From positions 2,400,001 through 2,464,000 of the forward strand of contig OY820579.1 in the NCBI GenBank assembly GCA_963681965.1: a stretch of 64,000 nucleotides of DNA, read 5' to 3'. The translations under genes and the position numbers were made by a program. The stretch is from a bacterium. Its GTDB lineage: Bacteria; Electryoneota; JAOADG01. The notes under the pieces were generated by a model. It was given only the letters and a program-made list of their open reading frames with translations, was not told the origin of the DNA and ran no database searches. This document shows, one piece after another, positions 51,880-61,355 of this stretch (positions are counted from its first letter, which is position 1; every line of letters begins with the position of its first letter).

Positions 51880-53958
51880 ATGCGCTGGATGATTGCTGCT
51901 ATCTGCTCGATACTCATTTTTTCTTCGCTTTCTATTGCTAGTACTTCCGGTAAAATCACTGGACATGTTACGCTCGAGGATACGAAAGAGAGTGCCGTAA
52001 GTGCTTCGGTACTGATTCTCGAATTGAAGATCGGCGCGAAAACTGATTTCGAAGGGAATTATACCATTCTGAATGTGCCACCGGGAACATATACGCTGAG
52101 GTTTAGCTATGTTGGTTATAGATCAGTCAAAATCGATAGCGTAATTATTACTTCAGGTGTGACATTTACGCAGAATGTGACATTGAAGGCGGAATCCGTT
52201 CAACGCTCAGAAATCGTGATAAAAGCTGAACCCCCAAAAGTGCAATTGGATGTGACGGGTGGCGATAAAATAACCCGTAGACAGGATATAGATCGAACTT
52301 CGGCAAGTAGCGTGCAAGACGGTATCTACAAAAAATCCGGTGTGAAAATCGATAATGATGGTGCATTGCACGTTCGCGGAGGTCGGCGGGGCGAATCGGC
52401 GGTTGTTCAAGGGACCAATACTGGCGACCCGATGGCAGGTTCTGCCAAGGAACGTGCTCAACGTGCCGTATCCAGACCTGACAAGATGCCGCCCTATTAT
52501 CCACCGCCATATCGCCCGACCCCGGGACGCGATAACTATGCCCGGATCAATGAGAATCCGTTTATAAGTGTGAATGACGAACCGCTCTCGACTTTTTCGA
52601 TCGATGTCGATAACGCATCGTATAGCAACGTTCGCAGCTTTTTGATGGCGGGGAATCTGCCTCCCATGAATGCCGTTCGACTTGAAGAAATGATTAATTA
52701 TTTCAGCTATAACTATCCCGAACCGAAAGACGAACACCCCTGTTCGATCACGACGAATCTGGCGGAATGCCCGTGGGACGATGAGCATTATCTGCTTCGG
52801 GTGGGATTGAAAGCGAAATCGCTCGATCAGGAAGAAGTGAAACCGAACAATCTGGTGTTTCTGCTCGATGTTTCCGGCTCGATGGCTGATGAGAATAAGC
52901 TTCCATTGGTCAAGCGCGCATTCCGGCTGCTGGCGAATCAACTGCGTCACGAAGATCATATCGCGATTGTCACCTACTCTACGACTGCGCGAATCGCGTT
53001 ATCCAGCACGCGCGGCGATCGTCTCGACGATATCTTGAGTGCAATCGACGGTTTGGCGGCGAATGGATCGACGGCTGGTGCGCAGGGGATTCAGCTAGCC
53101 TATCAGGTTGCCGCCGATAATTTTCTCGAGAATGGTACGAACCGGGTGATTATCGCGACGGATGGCGATTTTAACGTCGGCGTCAGCGACGATAACCAGT
53201 TGTTGCAGATGATCAAACAGAAACGCAAGAGCAATATTTTCCTCTCGATCTTAGGCGTCGGTCGTGGGAATTTGCAGGATGCGAAGATGGAGCTGCTCGC
53301 CGACAACGGGAACGGTCACTACTACTACATCGATACTTTCAATGAAGCCCGCAAAGTGTTTCTAGAACAGCTATACGGTACACTGGTGACGGTAGCGAAA
53401 GATGTCAAGGTGCAGATCGAATTCAATCCGGCGAAAGTGATTGGATACAGATTGATCGGTTACGAGAATCGGCTATTGGCGGCAGAAGATTTCAATAACG
53501 ATCGGGTCGATGCCGGTGAAATGGGGGCGGGACACACGGTTACGGCGTTGTATGAAATCGTACCGGTAGGTGCGGACAATCCGTTCCCGTCGATCGATAG
53601 TCTGCGTTATCAGCAAACTGAACCGGAACCGCAGCATGCTTGGCGCAAGACGGATAAAGAGTGGTTGTTTGTCAAAGTGCGGTATAAAGAACCGGATGAG
53701 AAACGGAGCAATTTGATCGAACATCCAGTCACCGGAACGCCGGTCAAATTCGCGAATTCACCGAGTGACATGCAATTTGCAGTGGCTGTGGCGGAATTCG
53801 GAATGCTCCTGCGCAATTCGCCGTATGGGGAAGATATCGATTATACCGAAGTAAAAAAATTGGCGCGACACAATCTAGGAGAAGATCCTGCGGGGATCCG
53901 TCACGAATTCCTGCGAATGATTGAGGCTGCGGAAGAACCCACGCCGGGGAATAGGTAG
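51880..53958 (+). CDS. Secreted YfbK-like VWA protein with N-terminal carboxypeptidase-regulatory-like domain
   Basis: Start MRWMI after GAGG; STFSIDVDNASY, VRLEEMINYF, DVSGSM MIDAS, TDGDFNVG, YRLIGYENR. Confidence 0.88.
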   Translation: MRWMIAAICSILIFSSLSIASTSGKITGHVTLEDTKESAVSASVLILELKIGAKTDFEGNYTILNVPPGTYTLRFSYVGYRSVKIDSVIITSGVTFTQNVTLKAESVQRSEIVIKAEPPKVQLDVTGGDKITRRQDIDRTSASSVQDGIYKKSGVKIDNDGALHVRGGRRGESAVVQGTNTGDPMAGSAKERAQRAVSRPDKMPPYYPPPYRPTPGRDNYARINENPFISVNDEPLSTFSIDVDNASYSNVRSFLMAGNLPPMNAVRLEEMINYFSYNYPEPKDEHPCSITTNLAECPWDDEHYLLRVGLKAKSLDQEEVKPNNLVFLLDVSGSMADENKLPLVKRAFRLLANQLRHEDHIAIVTYSTTARIALSSTRGDRLDDILSAIDGLAANGSTAGAQGIQLAYQVAADNFLENGTNRVIIATDGDFNVGVSDDNQLLQMIKQKRKSNIFLSILGVGRGNLQDAKMELLADNGNGHYYYIDTFNEARKVFLEQLYGTLVTVAKDVKVQIEFNPAKVIGYRLIGYENRLLAAEDFNNDRVDAGEMGAGHTVTALYEIVPVGADNPFPSIDSLRYQQTEPEPQHAWRKTDKEWLFVKVRYKEPDEKRSNLIEHPVTGTPVKFANSPSDMQFAVAVAEFGMLLRNSPYGEDIDYTEVKKLARHNLGEDPAGIRHEFLRMIEAAEEPTPGNR

Positions 53959-54073
53959 GATTTCAACTTATTGTTGTTTCAATTATTAGCAATATTTTAT
54001 TTTTTTATTGCTTTCTATTAGTATAGATATTATATTACAACATTATTAGTGTTTTAGCTAAAATGGAGATTCC

Positions 54074-56044
54074 ATGATACTCGAACCTGTTATTGAGGCA
54101 AGGCTCAGAAAATTTAAAGAATTTTTTGAATTACAACATTTAAATGAAGATGAAATATTTGAAAAATTTGTTAATCATGTGATAACTATTTCACACCAAC
54201 CAGATGCATTTACTGGTGATGCAGATCTACTTGATATAATTACTGTTGGGGGATCTGATGACATAGGAATTGATGGAATTGGGATAAAATTGAATGATCT
54301 TTTTGTGAAGTCGAAAGAAGATATTGATGATATTTCTAATAAATTTAAACGTGCTAATGCCGAGTTTATTTTTATTCAGTCAAAAAATCAGCAAAAATTT
54401 AAAGCTGATGCATTTCTTTCTTTTTCACAAGGTGTTCGATCTTTTTTTGATTCTAATTCTAAAGCCCCTATAAATGCTAAAATTAAATCTATGCGTAAAT
54501 TTAAGGATTATTTATTTAGCCACGACATGATGGACTTATGGGAAGATAATCCTTCAATTAGATTGTATTATGTTGCATTAGGAAAATGGAAAGGTCAACA
54601 ACTTCATACAGCACATGCTGAAAAGATAAAAGATGATTTAAATAATCTCAATATGTTTTCAAAAGTTGAAGTACATTTTATTGACAGTGAAGCATTAAAG
54701 CTTATTTGTGATAATAATGATAGCAACTTTAAAGTTCAAATCAATGCGATTGAAGTAATGCCATTAACAGAGGTAGCCGGAGTAGATAATTCATGTATAG
54801 CTCTTTGTAAAGCAAATGAATTTTTTAATATTATTAAAACAGATGAGGGTGTTATTAGAAAATCATTATTTGATAATAATGTTCGTGATTTTCAAGGTGA
54901 AAGTTCAATAAATAAAGAAATTGGTGAAACAATAATTAATGAACCAGAAAAAATGGTTTTATTAAATAATGGGATTACACTTGTGTGTGACAAATATCTT
55001 CTTAATTACAGGAGTTTTCAAATAACTAACCCTCAAATAGTTAATGGTTGTCAAACAAGCCATGTACTTTATAATATAGCTAATATGAAATATGATATTA
55101 GCAATGTCACTATTTGTTTGAGAATTATTTCGACTACTAATCTTGATATATCTAACAAAATTGTTAGAGGGACAAATAGACAAAATATTGTTTTGGACGA
55201 AGCTTTTGAAGCAACCAGAAAATTTCACATCCAATTAGAAGACTTTTTCTCTGCTTACTCTGAAAAAATTGGAGTAAGATTATTTTATGAACGCCGGTCA
55301 AAACAATTTGCACATAACCCGAAGATTCTTCAGTCAGAAAAATCAAATTTAAGGACTATTACTCAATCTTTTGTCGGAATGTTTTTAAATAAACCTCACT
55401 TATCTCACAGGCATGAAGCTTTTTTATTAGATACACTTTCTAATGAACTATATCAAGATAGCCACTCAAATTTACCGTATTTCATATCATCTCTTTCGAT
55501 GATTAAGGTCGAGAAATTATTTCGCGAAGGCCGCATTAAAGGCAATTTGTTACCTTACAAGGCTCATATATTAATGTTATTTAGAGAGATTAAGGGAGGA
55601 AAGTGCCCTAACATAAATCACGAAAAAAAGATTGATTCGTATTGTAGTGATCTAATTAAAAATATTAATAATTCTAACGAATTTGCAACTACAATATTAT
55701 CAGCGGTAAATATCATTAACCATGCAAGACAAGAGTGGATAGATTTACATAAAAATCCATATAGAGATGTTTCAGAATTTACTACATTTCTTCTTTCAAA
55801 AATAACTGAATCAAATATTATCGATCCAATTTCAGACCCAATTTGGTTTTACGGTAAAATAGTAAAGATATTATATGATAAAAATGGAAAATTATGTGGT
55901 TTTATTCAGAGTAAACCGGATGATATTTTTTTCCATTCTGCTGAAAACACGATTTCAACAACGTATTTAAATAAATATGTAAAGTATCAAATTAGAGAAG
56001 AGTATTCTCGTAAATATGGGATAAATATTAGTCTACTTGAATAA
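54074..56044 (+). CDS. AIPR family protein with C-terminal cold-shock-like domain
   Basis: LFDNNVRDFQG, LNNGITLVC, PQIVNGCQTS, TNRQN; C-terminal GFI....DIFFH; markedly AT-rich. Confidence 0.82.
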   Translation: MILEPVIEARLRKFKEFFELQHLNEDEIFEKFVNHVITISHQPDAFTGDADLLDIITVGGSDDIGIDGIGIKLNDLFVKSKEDIDDISNKFKRANAEFIFIQSKNQQKFKADAFLSFSQGVRSFFDSNSKAPINAKIKSMRKFKDYLFSHDMMDLWEDNPSIRLYYVALGKWKGQQLHTAHAEKIKDDLNNLNMFSKVEVHFIDSEALKLICDNNDSNFKVQINAIEVMPLTEVAGVDNSCIALCKANEFFNIIKTDEGVIRKSLFDNNVRDFQGESSINKEIGETIINEPEKMVLLNNGITLVCDKYLLNYRSFQITNPQIVNGCQTSHVLYNIANMKYDISNVTICLRIISTTNLDISNKIVRGTNRQNIVLDEAFEATRKFHIQLEDFFSAYSEKIGVRLFYERRSKQFAHNPKILQSEKSNLRTITQSFVGMFLNKPHLSHRHEAFLLDTLSNELYQDSHSNLPYFISSLSMIKVEKLFREGRIKGNLLPYKAHILMLFREIKGGKCPNINHEKKIDSYCSDLIKNINNSNEFATTILSAVNIINHARQEWIDLHKNPYRDVSEFTTFLLSKITESNIIDPISDPIWFYGKIVKILYDKNGKLCGFIQSKPDDIFFHSAENTISTTYLNKYVKYQIREEYSRKYGINISLLE

Positions 56045-56079
56045 CTATATAAAAATCACAAATAAGCATATACTTTACC

Positions 56080-57345
56080 CTACGTCTTCAACTCCTTTTT
56101 CTTCGCAGCCGGGAACAGCACATTGTTCAGGATCAGGCGATAACCGGGGCTGTTGCGATGAAGATTGAGATTGGTCGGTGGATCGCCGACTTGATGGCGA
56201 TAATCTTCCGGATCGTGACCACCGAAAAATGTCCACGTCCCTTTGCCAAGAATCCCGTGGATATATTTCGCGTCGTCTTCCCCTTCGACTTCCCCTAATA
56301 CAGTCACACCGGGCTTGAGCAAATGTCTGCGAAATCCCGTCGTCTGACCCATGAAGCCTTTGACCACTGCAGTATGATCCTGTGTCAACATCGCTGAGAC
56401 CGGGTCGAATTTCGCGGCAAATTCGAACAGCGTGAAGTAGTCGTTGTCTTCACCGCGAGTGCTTAAACCGAATTGCGGAGTAGTATCGATATCGCTGAAT
56501 TCGTAGGTCATCGGATCGAAAATCAACTTAAAATCGGTGAATGCAAGGCAATTGCGATAATCGAGTTTACTCTGCGCCTGTGGATCGGGTGGATCGCCAT
56601 CGAACGGAGTATCGCAGATATCGACGCCACGTGCCGCCAGGGCAATATCGTAGGTATCCGGTCCACTGCACATCGCAAACAGGAAACCGCCGTTCTGAAC
56701 ATATTCACGAATGTTCCAGACGACCGAGCTTTTCAACTGCGAAACTTTTGCGAAACCTAATCTACGGGCGCGCGCCTCTTCTTCGCGCTGTTGCCGGATG
56801 TACCATTCGGCATTGCGGAATTGTCCATAGAATTTGCCATACTGACCGGTGAAGTCTTCGTGATGGAGATGGAGCCAATCGTATTCGGGAAGCTTGTGAT
56901 TGAGTACTTCCTCGTCGTAAATCCGGGTATAGGGAATTTCGGCATATTCCAATGCCAGTCGAACTGCATCGTCCCACGGCAGAGCGTCTGGTGGCGCATA
57001 AACAGCTACTTTCGGGGCTTTCTCCAGTCGTACCGCTTCCATATTCGCTTTTTCAATTTCGGCATCAATTGCCGCCGAAGTCGACGCCGAGAGCTGTTCC
57101 ACCGTGACACCACGCAACATGCACATCCGTTGAATTTCATCGAGCGCCTCAGTCCGGAAACTGCCGCCGCGATAATTCAATAGCCACTCTACGATACCCC
57201 CTTTGGAAAGAATCGAGAAGGCGACACCGTACGCTTTGAGATGGTCACGTTGCGTACCATCCATCGGGATCAGCAGGAATTGTGCATTCGCGGTCGTGAT
57301 CGACAGCAGCAGCAAGAGCGAAAAAACGATAAACCGGAATTTCAT
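56080..57345 (-). CDS. Conserved exported protein with a glutamine-amidotransferase-like region
   Basis: Signal peptide; HLKAYG, WLLNYRGGSF, LHHEDFTGQYGKF, GGFLFAMCS, SPGYRLILNN. Function unknown. Confidence 0.65.
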   Translation of the reverse strand: MKFRFIVFSLLLLLSITTANAQFLLIPMDGTQRDHLKAYGVAFSILSKGGIVEWLLNYRGGSFRTEALDEIQRMCMLRGVTVEQLSASTSAAIDAEIEKANMEAVRLEKAPKVAVYAPPDALPWDDAVRLALEYAEIPYTRIYDEEVLNHKLPEYDWLHLHHEDFTGQYGKFYGQFRNAEWYIRQQREEEARARRLGFAKVSQLKSSVVWNIREYVQNGGFLFAMCSGPDTYDIALAARGVDICDTPFDGDPPDPQAQSKLDYRNCLAFTDFKLIFDPMTYEFSDIDTTPQFGLSTRGEDNDYFTLFEFAAKFDPVSAMLTQDHTAVVKGFMGQTTGFRRHLLKPGVTVLGEVEGEDDAKYIHGILGKGTWTFFGGHDPEDYRHQVGDPPTNLNLHRNSPGYRLILNNVLFPAAKKKELKT

Positions 57346-57365
57346 GATGCCTCAAATACATCAAA

Positions 57366-57454
57366 GATAGATTGCCACAGCCCCTTTGGGGCTTCGCAAT
57401 GACAAATCAGGATAGATTGCCACATCAGCAGCTACGCTGCTTCCTCGCAATGTC
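57366..57454. repeat. Tandem pair of GATTGCCAC...CGCAATG palindromic units
   Basis: 57366-57403 and 57411-57454 both begin GATAGATTGCCACA and end CGCAATG(A/T)C, with different internal hairpins. Confidence 0.7.
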
Positions 57455-57461
57455 ATAAAAA

Positions 57462-59807
57462 TTACAATTTGATCCAGCGCAGCCGGAGACTATTCGAGAC
57501 CACTGTCACCGAACTGAATGCCATTGCCGCACTCGCCAGCATCGGGCTGAGCAATATTCCCGCGACAGGAAACAGCAAACCGGCAGCGACGGGAATACAA
57601 ATCACGTTGTATAAAAAAGCCCAAAACAGGTTCTGGCGCGTGATTTGCATCGCAGTGCGCGACAATGAAATTGCTGTCAAAATTGTCTGTAAATCGTCGC
57701 GAATTAAAATCACTTCACCGGCTTCCGCCGCGATTGCGGTACCGGCACCGATCGCGATCCCTACATCCGCTTGTGCCAGTGCCGGAGCATCATTCACCCC
57801 GTCGCCCACCATCGCGACCCGGTGTCCTGACGCTTGCAGTTGTTTGATAGCAGCGACTTTCCCTTCGGGGAGGAGACTGCCATGAAATTCGGTAATACCG
57901 AGTTGATTGGCGATCGCAGTTGCCGTCCGGATGTTGTCGCCAGTCAGCATACCGACTGTCAGACTATTTTGCTGAAGTTGCTTTACTACAGCTTTGGCAG
58001 TATTTCTAACTGGATCGGCAATCGCGAATGCTGCTACCAATTGTTGCTCAGATGCGACAAAAACGACGGTGTCGGCTGCCGATTCGTGGTGTTGCAGAAA
58101 TGGTTCGACAGCATCCAACGTGATCTCAAGTTCGGTTAGAAACCGCTCATTTCCTAAAACGAGCGACACCCCTTCGACAGTTCCCCGAACACCTCGTCCG
58201 GGTAACGCCTCGAATTGATCAACGTCCGGTAGATTTACGGCGTCTGGTGTAGTGAAGGCTACGATTGCATCGCCGAGTGGATGCCCTGATGCGCGTTCCA
58301 AAGCTGCAATTTTAGCGAATAACGCTGATGGATCAAGAATTTGGGGGGATAGGAAATGATCGGTTACCTGCGGTTTTCCGGCAGTGAGAGTGCCGGTTTT
58401 GTCGAATAGCACGGTGTCAATCTGTGCCAATAATTGAAGTGCTTCGCCACTTTTGATCAGGATGCCGCTGCTTGCCCCGCGCCCGGAAGCGACCATCACG
58501 GCGGTGGGAACTGCTAGTCCCATTGCGCAGGGACAGGCGATGATCAAAACCGCTACTGCCGCAGTCATGGCTCGGAAGAGGGAATGATCGACTGTGAGTG
58601 TCAGCCAAGCGAAAAAGGTCATGATGGCTAGCAGAAGCACGACTGGAACGAAGATGGCACTGATGCGATCTGCCATTTTCTGGATCGGTGCACGGGTTCC
58701 CTGTGTATCCTGAACCAACTGGACGATCCGAGCGAGGGTACTGGCATCGCCAACTGCTTCGGCGCGAATGATTAATCGACCATTCCGATTGATGGTTCCC
58801 CCGACGACGCGATCGTCGGATTGTTTCTCTACTGGGATTGGCTCGCCTGTTAGCATCGCTTCGTCGACACTACTGCTACCCGATTCAACGATGCCATCGA
58901 CGGGGATCCGTTCACCGGGACGGATCGCGATCTTGTCGCCGGCAATAACTTGTTCGATCGGTAATTCGATCTCTTCTTGCTCAATGATTAATCGCGCAGT
59001 TTTCGGTTGCAAGCGCAGTAGTTCGCGAATCGCACCGGTAGCACGGTGTTTTGCTCGCGATTCAATAGTATTGCCGATTAAAACTAGTGCAATAATGAAA
59101 ACGACTGCTTCATAATAGACATCGGCAGTCGTGCCATGACTAGTGAAAAGAGTGGGAGCAATCGTCGCGATGAATGAATAGATAAAGGCGGCACCGGTAC
59201 CGATGGCAATCAGCGTATTCATATCGGTGGTGCGGTGTTTTGCGGCTGCCCACGCGCGGGTGTAGAAATGGCGCCCAGCCCAAGTCATGACGAAAATCGT
59301 TATCAGAAGTAATATCCAGCGAATCAGATCGGGTGAAACTGACATGATTTCCGGAATTGTTGAATGAATCAGCGGCATCACCCCACCGGACAACCACTGC
59401 ATGAACGGATCGGATGATGCGGCATCGGGATCGTGAGTTGTCATCAAAGGCATCGAGAGTAACATTGCCAACAGCGCCAGCGCGAAAGCAAATAAGGCTT
59501 TCCGGCGTAAACTGCGATAATTCTCTTCCTGCTGCCGTTCTAGATTCAACGGGGCGGAGAGAATCGAGGTGCCGGTTTCGGGTAGCGCTGCTTCGTAACC
59601 GGTATCGATTACGGTTTCAACGAGATTGTCGGGGGAAACGGTAGATGGTTCGAACGTGACAGTGGCGTTGTGTAACATCAAGTTAACGACGGCATCTTTA
59701 ACGCCGGGATGTTTCTGCAACGCGCGTTGCACCCGTGCCTGACAGGCGGCACAGGACATCCCTTCGACTTGAAAGGTGAGGCGCTGGATGTTCGTCGGTT
59801 CGGACAT
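57462..59807 (-). CDS. copA: Copper-translocating P1B-type ATPase
   Basis: GMSCAAC metal-binding domain, TGE, CPC, DKTGT, HP, GDGVND, YN and MAFSS Cu(I) ligands. Confidence 0.93.
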   Translation of the reverse strand: MSEPTNIQRLTFQVEGMSCAACQARVQRALQKHPGVKDAVVNLMLHNATVTFEPSTVSPDNLVETVIDTGYEAALPETGTSILSAPLNLERQQEENYRSLRRKALFAFALALLAMLLSMPLMTTHDPDAASSDPFMQWLSGGVMPLIHSTIPEIMSVSPDLIRWILLLITIFVMTWAGRHFYTRAWAAAKHRTTDMNTLIAIGTGAAFIYSFIATIAPTLFTSHGTTADVYYEAVVFIIALVLIGNTIESRAKHRATGAIRELLRLQPKTARLIIEQEEIELPIEQVIAGDKIAIRPGERIPVDGIVESGSSSVDEAMLTGEPIPVEKQSDDRVVGGTINRNGRLIIRAEAVGDASTLARIVQLVQDTQGTRAPIQKMADRISAIFVPVVLLLAIMTFFAWLTLTVDHSLFRAMTAAVAVLIIACPCAMGLAVPTAVMVASGRGASSGILIKSGEALQLLAQIDTVLFDKTGTLTAGKPQVTDHFLSPQILDPSALFAKIAALERASGHPLGDAIVAFTTPDAVNLPDVDQFEALPGRGVRGTVEGVSLVLGNERFLTELEITLDAVEPFLQHHESAADTVVFVASEQQLVAAFAIADPVRNTAKAVVKQLQQNSLTVGMLTGDNIRTATAIANQLGITEFHGSLLPEGKVAAIKQLQASGHRVAMVGDGVNDAPALAQADVGIAIGAGTAIAAEAGEVILIRDDLQTILTAISLSRTAMQITRQNLFWAFLYNVICIPVAAGLLFPVAGILLSPMLASAAMAFSSVTVVSNSLRLRWIKL

Positions 59808-59908
59808 TGTTATTGATATACCCGGATACGATCAATCATATATACAATACGGATCGAACCGCCTGCTCGGCAGTGTCGGTGCAGATCTGGATTAGCTTCA
59901 CATAAAGA

Positions 59909-60859
59909 TTATTTGCGGGCGCGATCCGATTTCAATTCAACCATACTTGCACACATGCAGGCGCCGAGTATGTAAATACAACCGGAGAGATAGATCCAGA
60001 GCAGCAGCGCCATCATACCGCCGAATGCGCCATATACCGCATTCATTGTGGCAAAATTATGCAAATACACAACGAACAGATTCTCACTAATCCGGATGGC
60101 AATAGTAGCGCAGAATGCGGCTAGCCAGACTTCTCGGAATTTTGTTTGACGTCTCGGTGCAAATATATATAGTAGTGAAAGACTCGTAAAGATGACGATA
60201 ATCGGTAAAAAGAAACTCCCAACACTAGACAAAAAAGAACGCATTTCTGTGGTTGGAATTAACCAATCTTTCACCATACTCACGAGCATAGGAATAGTAA
60301 CGCCAAGGAAGACGGCACAAACCATCACACACAATAAGAATAAACTTCTCAGCGGGAGGCGCCACCATTTAAATTTCGTAAGTCCCCACGCCGAATTGAT
60401 GGAATCGATCATAGTTGCGAAAAATTGGATTGCAACCCATACCAGTGCTAGAAATGCGAACGTTCCAGCATGGCGTTGAGCATGAATGACTTTGGTAATT
60501 GTATCGACGATTTGGGTCTGAATATCGGTATTGAAAGGGAAGTAGCTGGAAACGAACCCAATCACAACATTTCTGACCCACTGACGATTGACTACCGACG
60601 AGATTACCTTAACGAAGATGACAACCAGTGGAAACAACGAGAAGAATGCATAATAAGCAAATGCCGCAGCGCGAATATCACCGTTTATATTAATAAATTT
60701 TTGGAAAGTTAGTTTAGCAATTGAACTGACTTGTTGTGAAAATACAAGGAACCAACTCGATCTTTTGTTCGGTATGAATGAAGATTCATACTTCGGTGGT
60801 GGATCGAATCGGCGTTGCTTGTCTAGTTTGAAGTGCGGCTTTTTAAGTTTTTCGTGCAT
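59909..60859 (-). CDS. YihY/BrkB family membrane protein
   Basis: AAAFAYYAFFSLFPL, YGAFGG...LLWIYLS...ILGA. Start position uncertain. Confidence 0.88.
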   Translation of the reverse strand: MHEKLKKPHFKLDKQRRFDPPPKYESSFIPNKRSSWFLVFSQQVSSIAKLTFQKFININGDIRAAAFAYYAFFSLFPLVVIFVKVISSVVNRQWVRNVVIGFVSSYFPFNTDIQTQIVDTITKVIHAQRHAGTFAFLALVWVAIQFFATMIDSINSAWGLTKFKWWRLPLRSLFLLCVMVCAVFLGVTIPMLVSMVKDWLIPTTEMRSFLSSVGSFFLPIIVIFTSLSLLYIFAPRRQTKFREVWLAAFCATIAIRISENLFVVYLHNFATMNAVYGAFGGMMALLLWIYLSGCIYILGACMCASMVELKSDRARK

Positions 60860-60989
60860 CGATTTGGCTTCTGGAAAGTGATACGATGAATGCGAATTGA
60901 TTCGTTTTTACTTGCTAATTGGTTCAATTAATAGAATCGGTACAAATGTAAATATTAATCATGTAGAGCACTCTGATGAATAGGAATAA

Positions 60990-61355
60990 TTATACTTTCC
61001 CACGGAATTTGTTCAAGTCGCGACGCTCTTTTTTGGTCGGCTTCGATTTATTTTCGGAAAAAGCCCGCTTGGCAGCACGCATGATTTCGTAGCGTTCGAT
61101 GATCTCTTTGGCAGTTTCTTCGCGATAGGTGGTTTTCGCTACTTCTTTCGATACATTCTTACCCGGCATTTCGAGAATTCGGAACGAACGGTACAAGCCA
61201 CGATCGCGAATTTCGATCAGATCGTTTTCTTTCACCAAATCCGCGGCATCGAGTTTCCGGTCACTCCGAAGAATTTTACCTTCGCGGCAAGCGTCGGTGG
61301 CTTGTGTTCGTGATTTGAACAAGCGGGCATGGAATAACCACAAATCGACTCTCAT
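60990..61355 (-). CDS. hslR: S4-domain RNA-binding protein, Hsp15-like
   Basis: MRVDLWL...RLFKSRTQA..AC..GKI, KPTKKERR. Confidence 0.85.
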   Translation of the reverse strand: MRVDLWLFHARLFKSRTQATDACREGKILRSDRKLDAADLVKENDLIEIRDRGLYRSFRILEMPGKNVSKEVAKTTYREETAKEIIERYEIMRAAKRAFSENKSKPTKKERRDLNKFRGKV

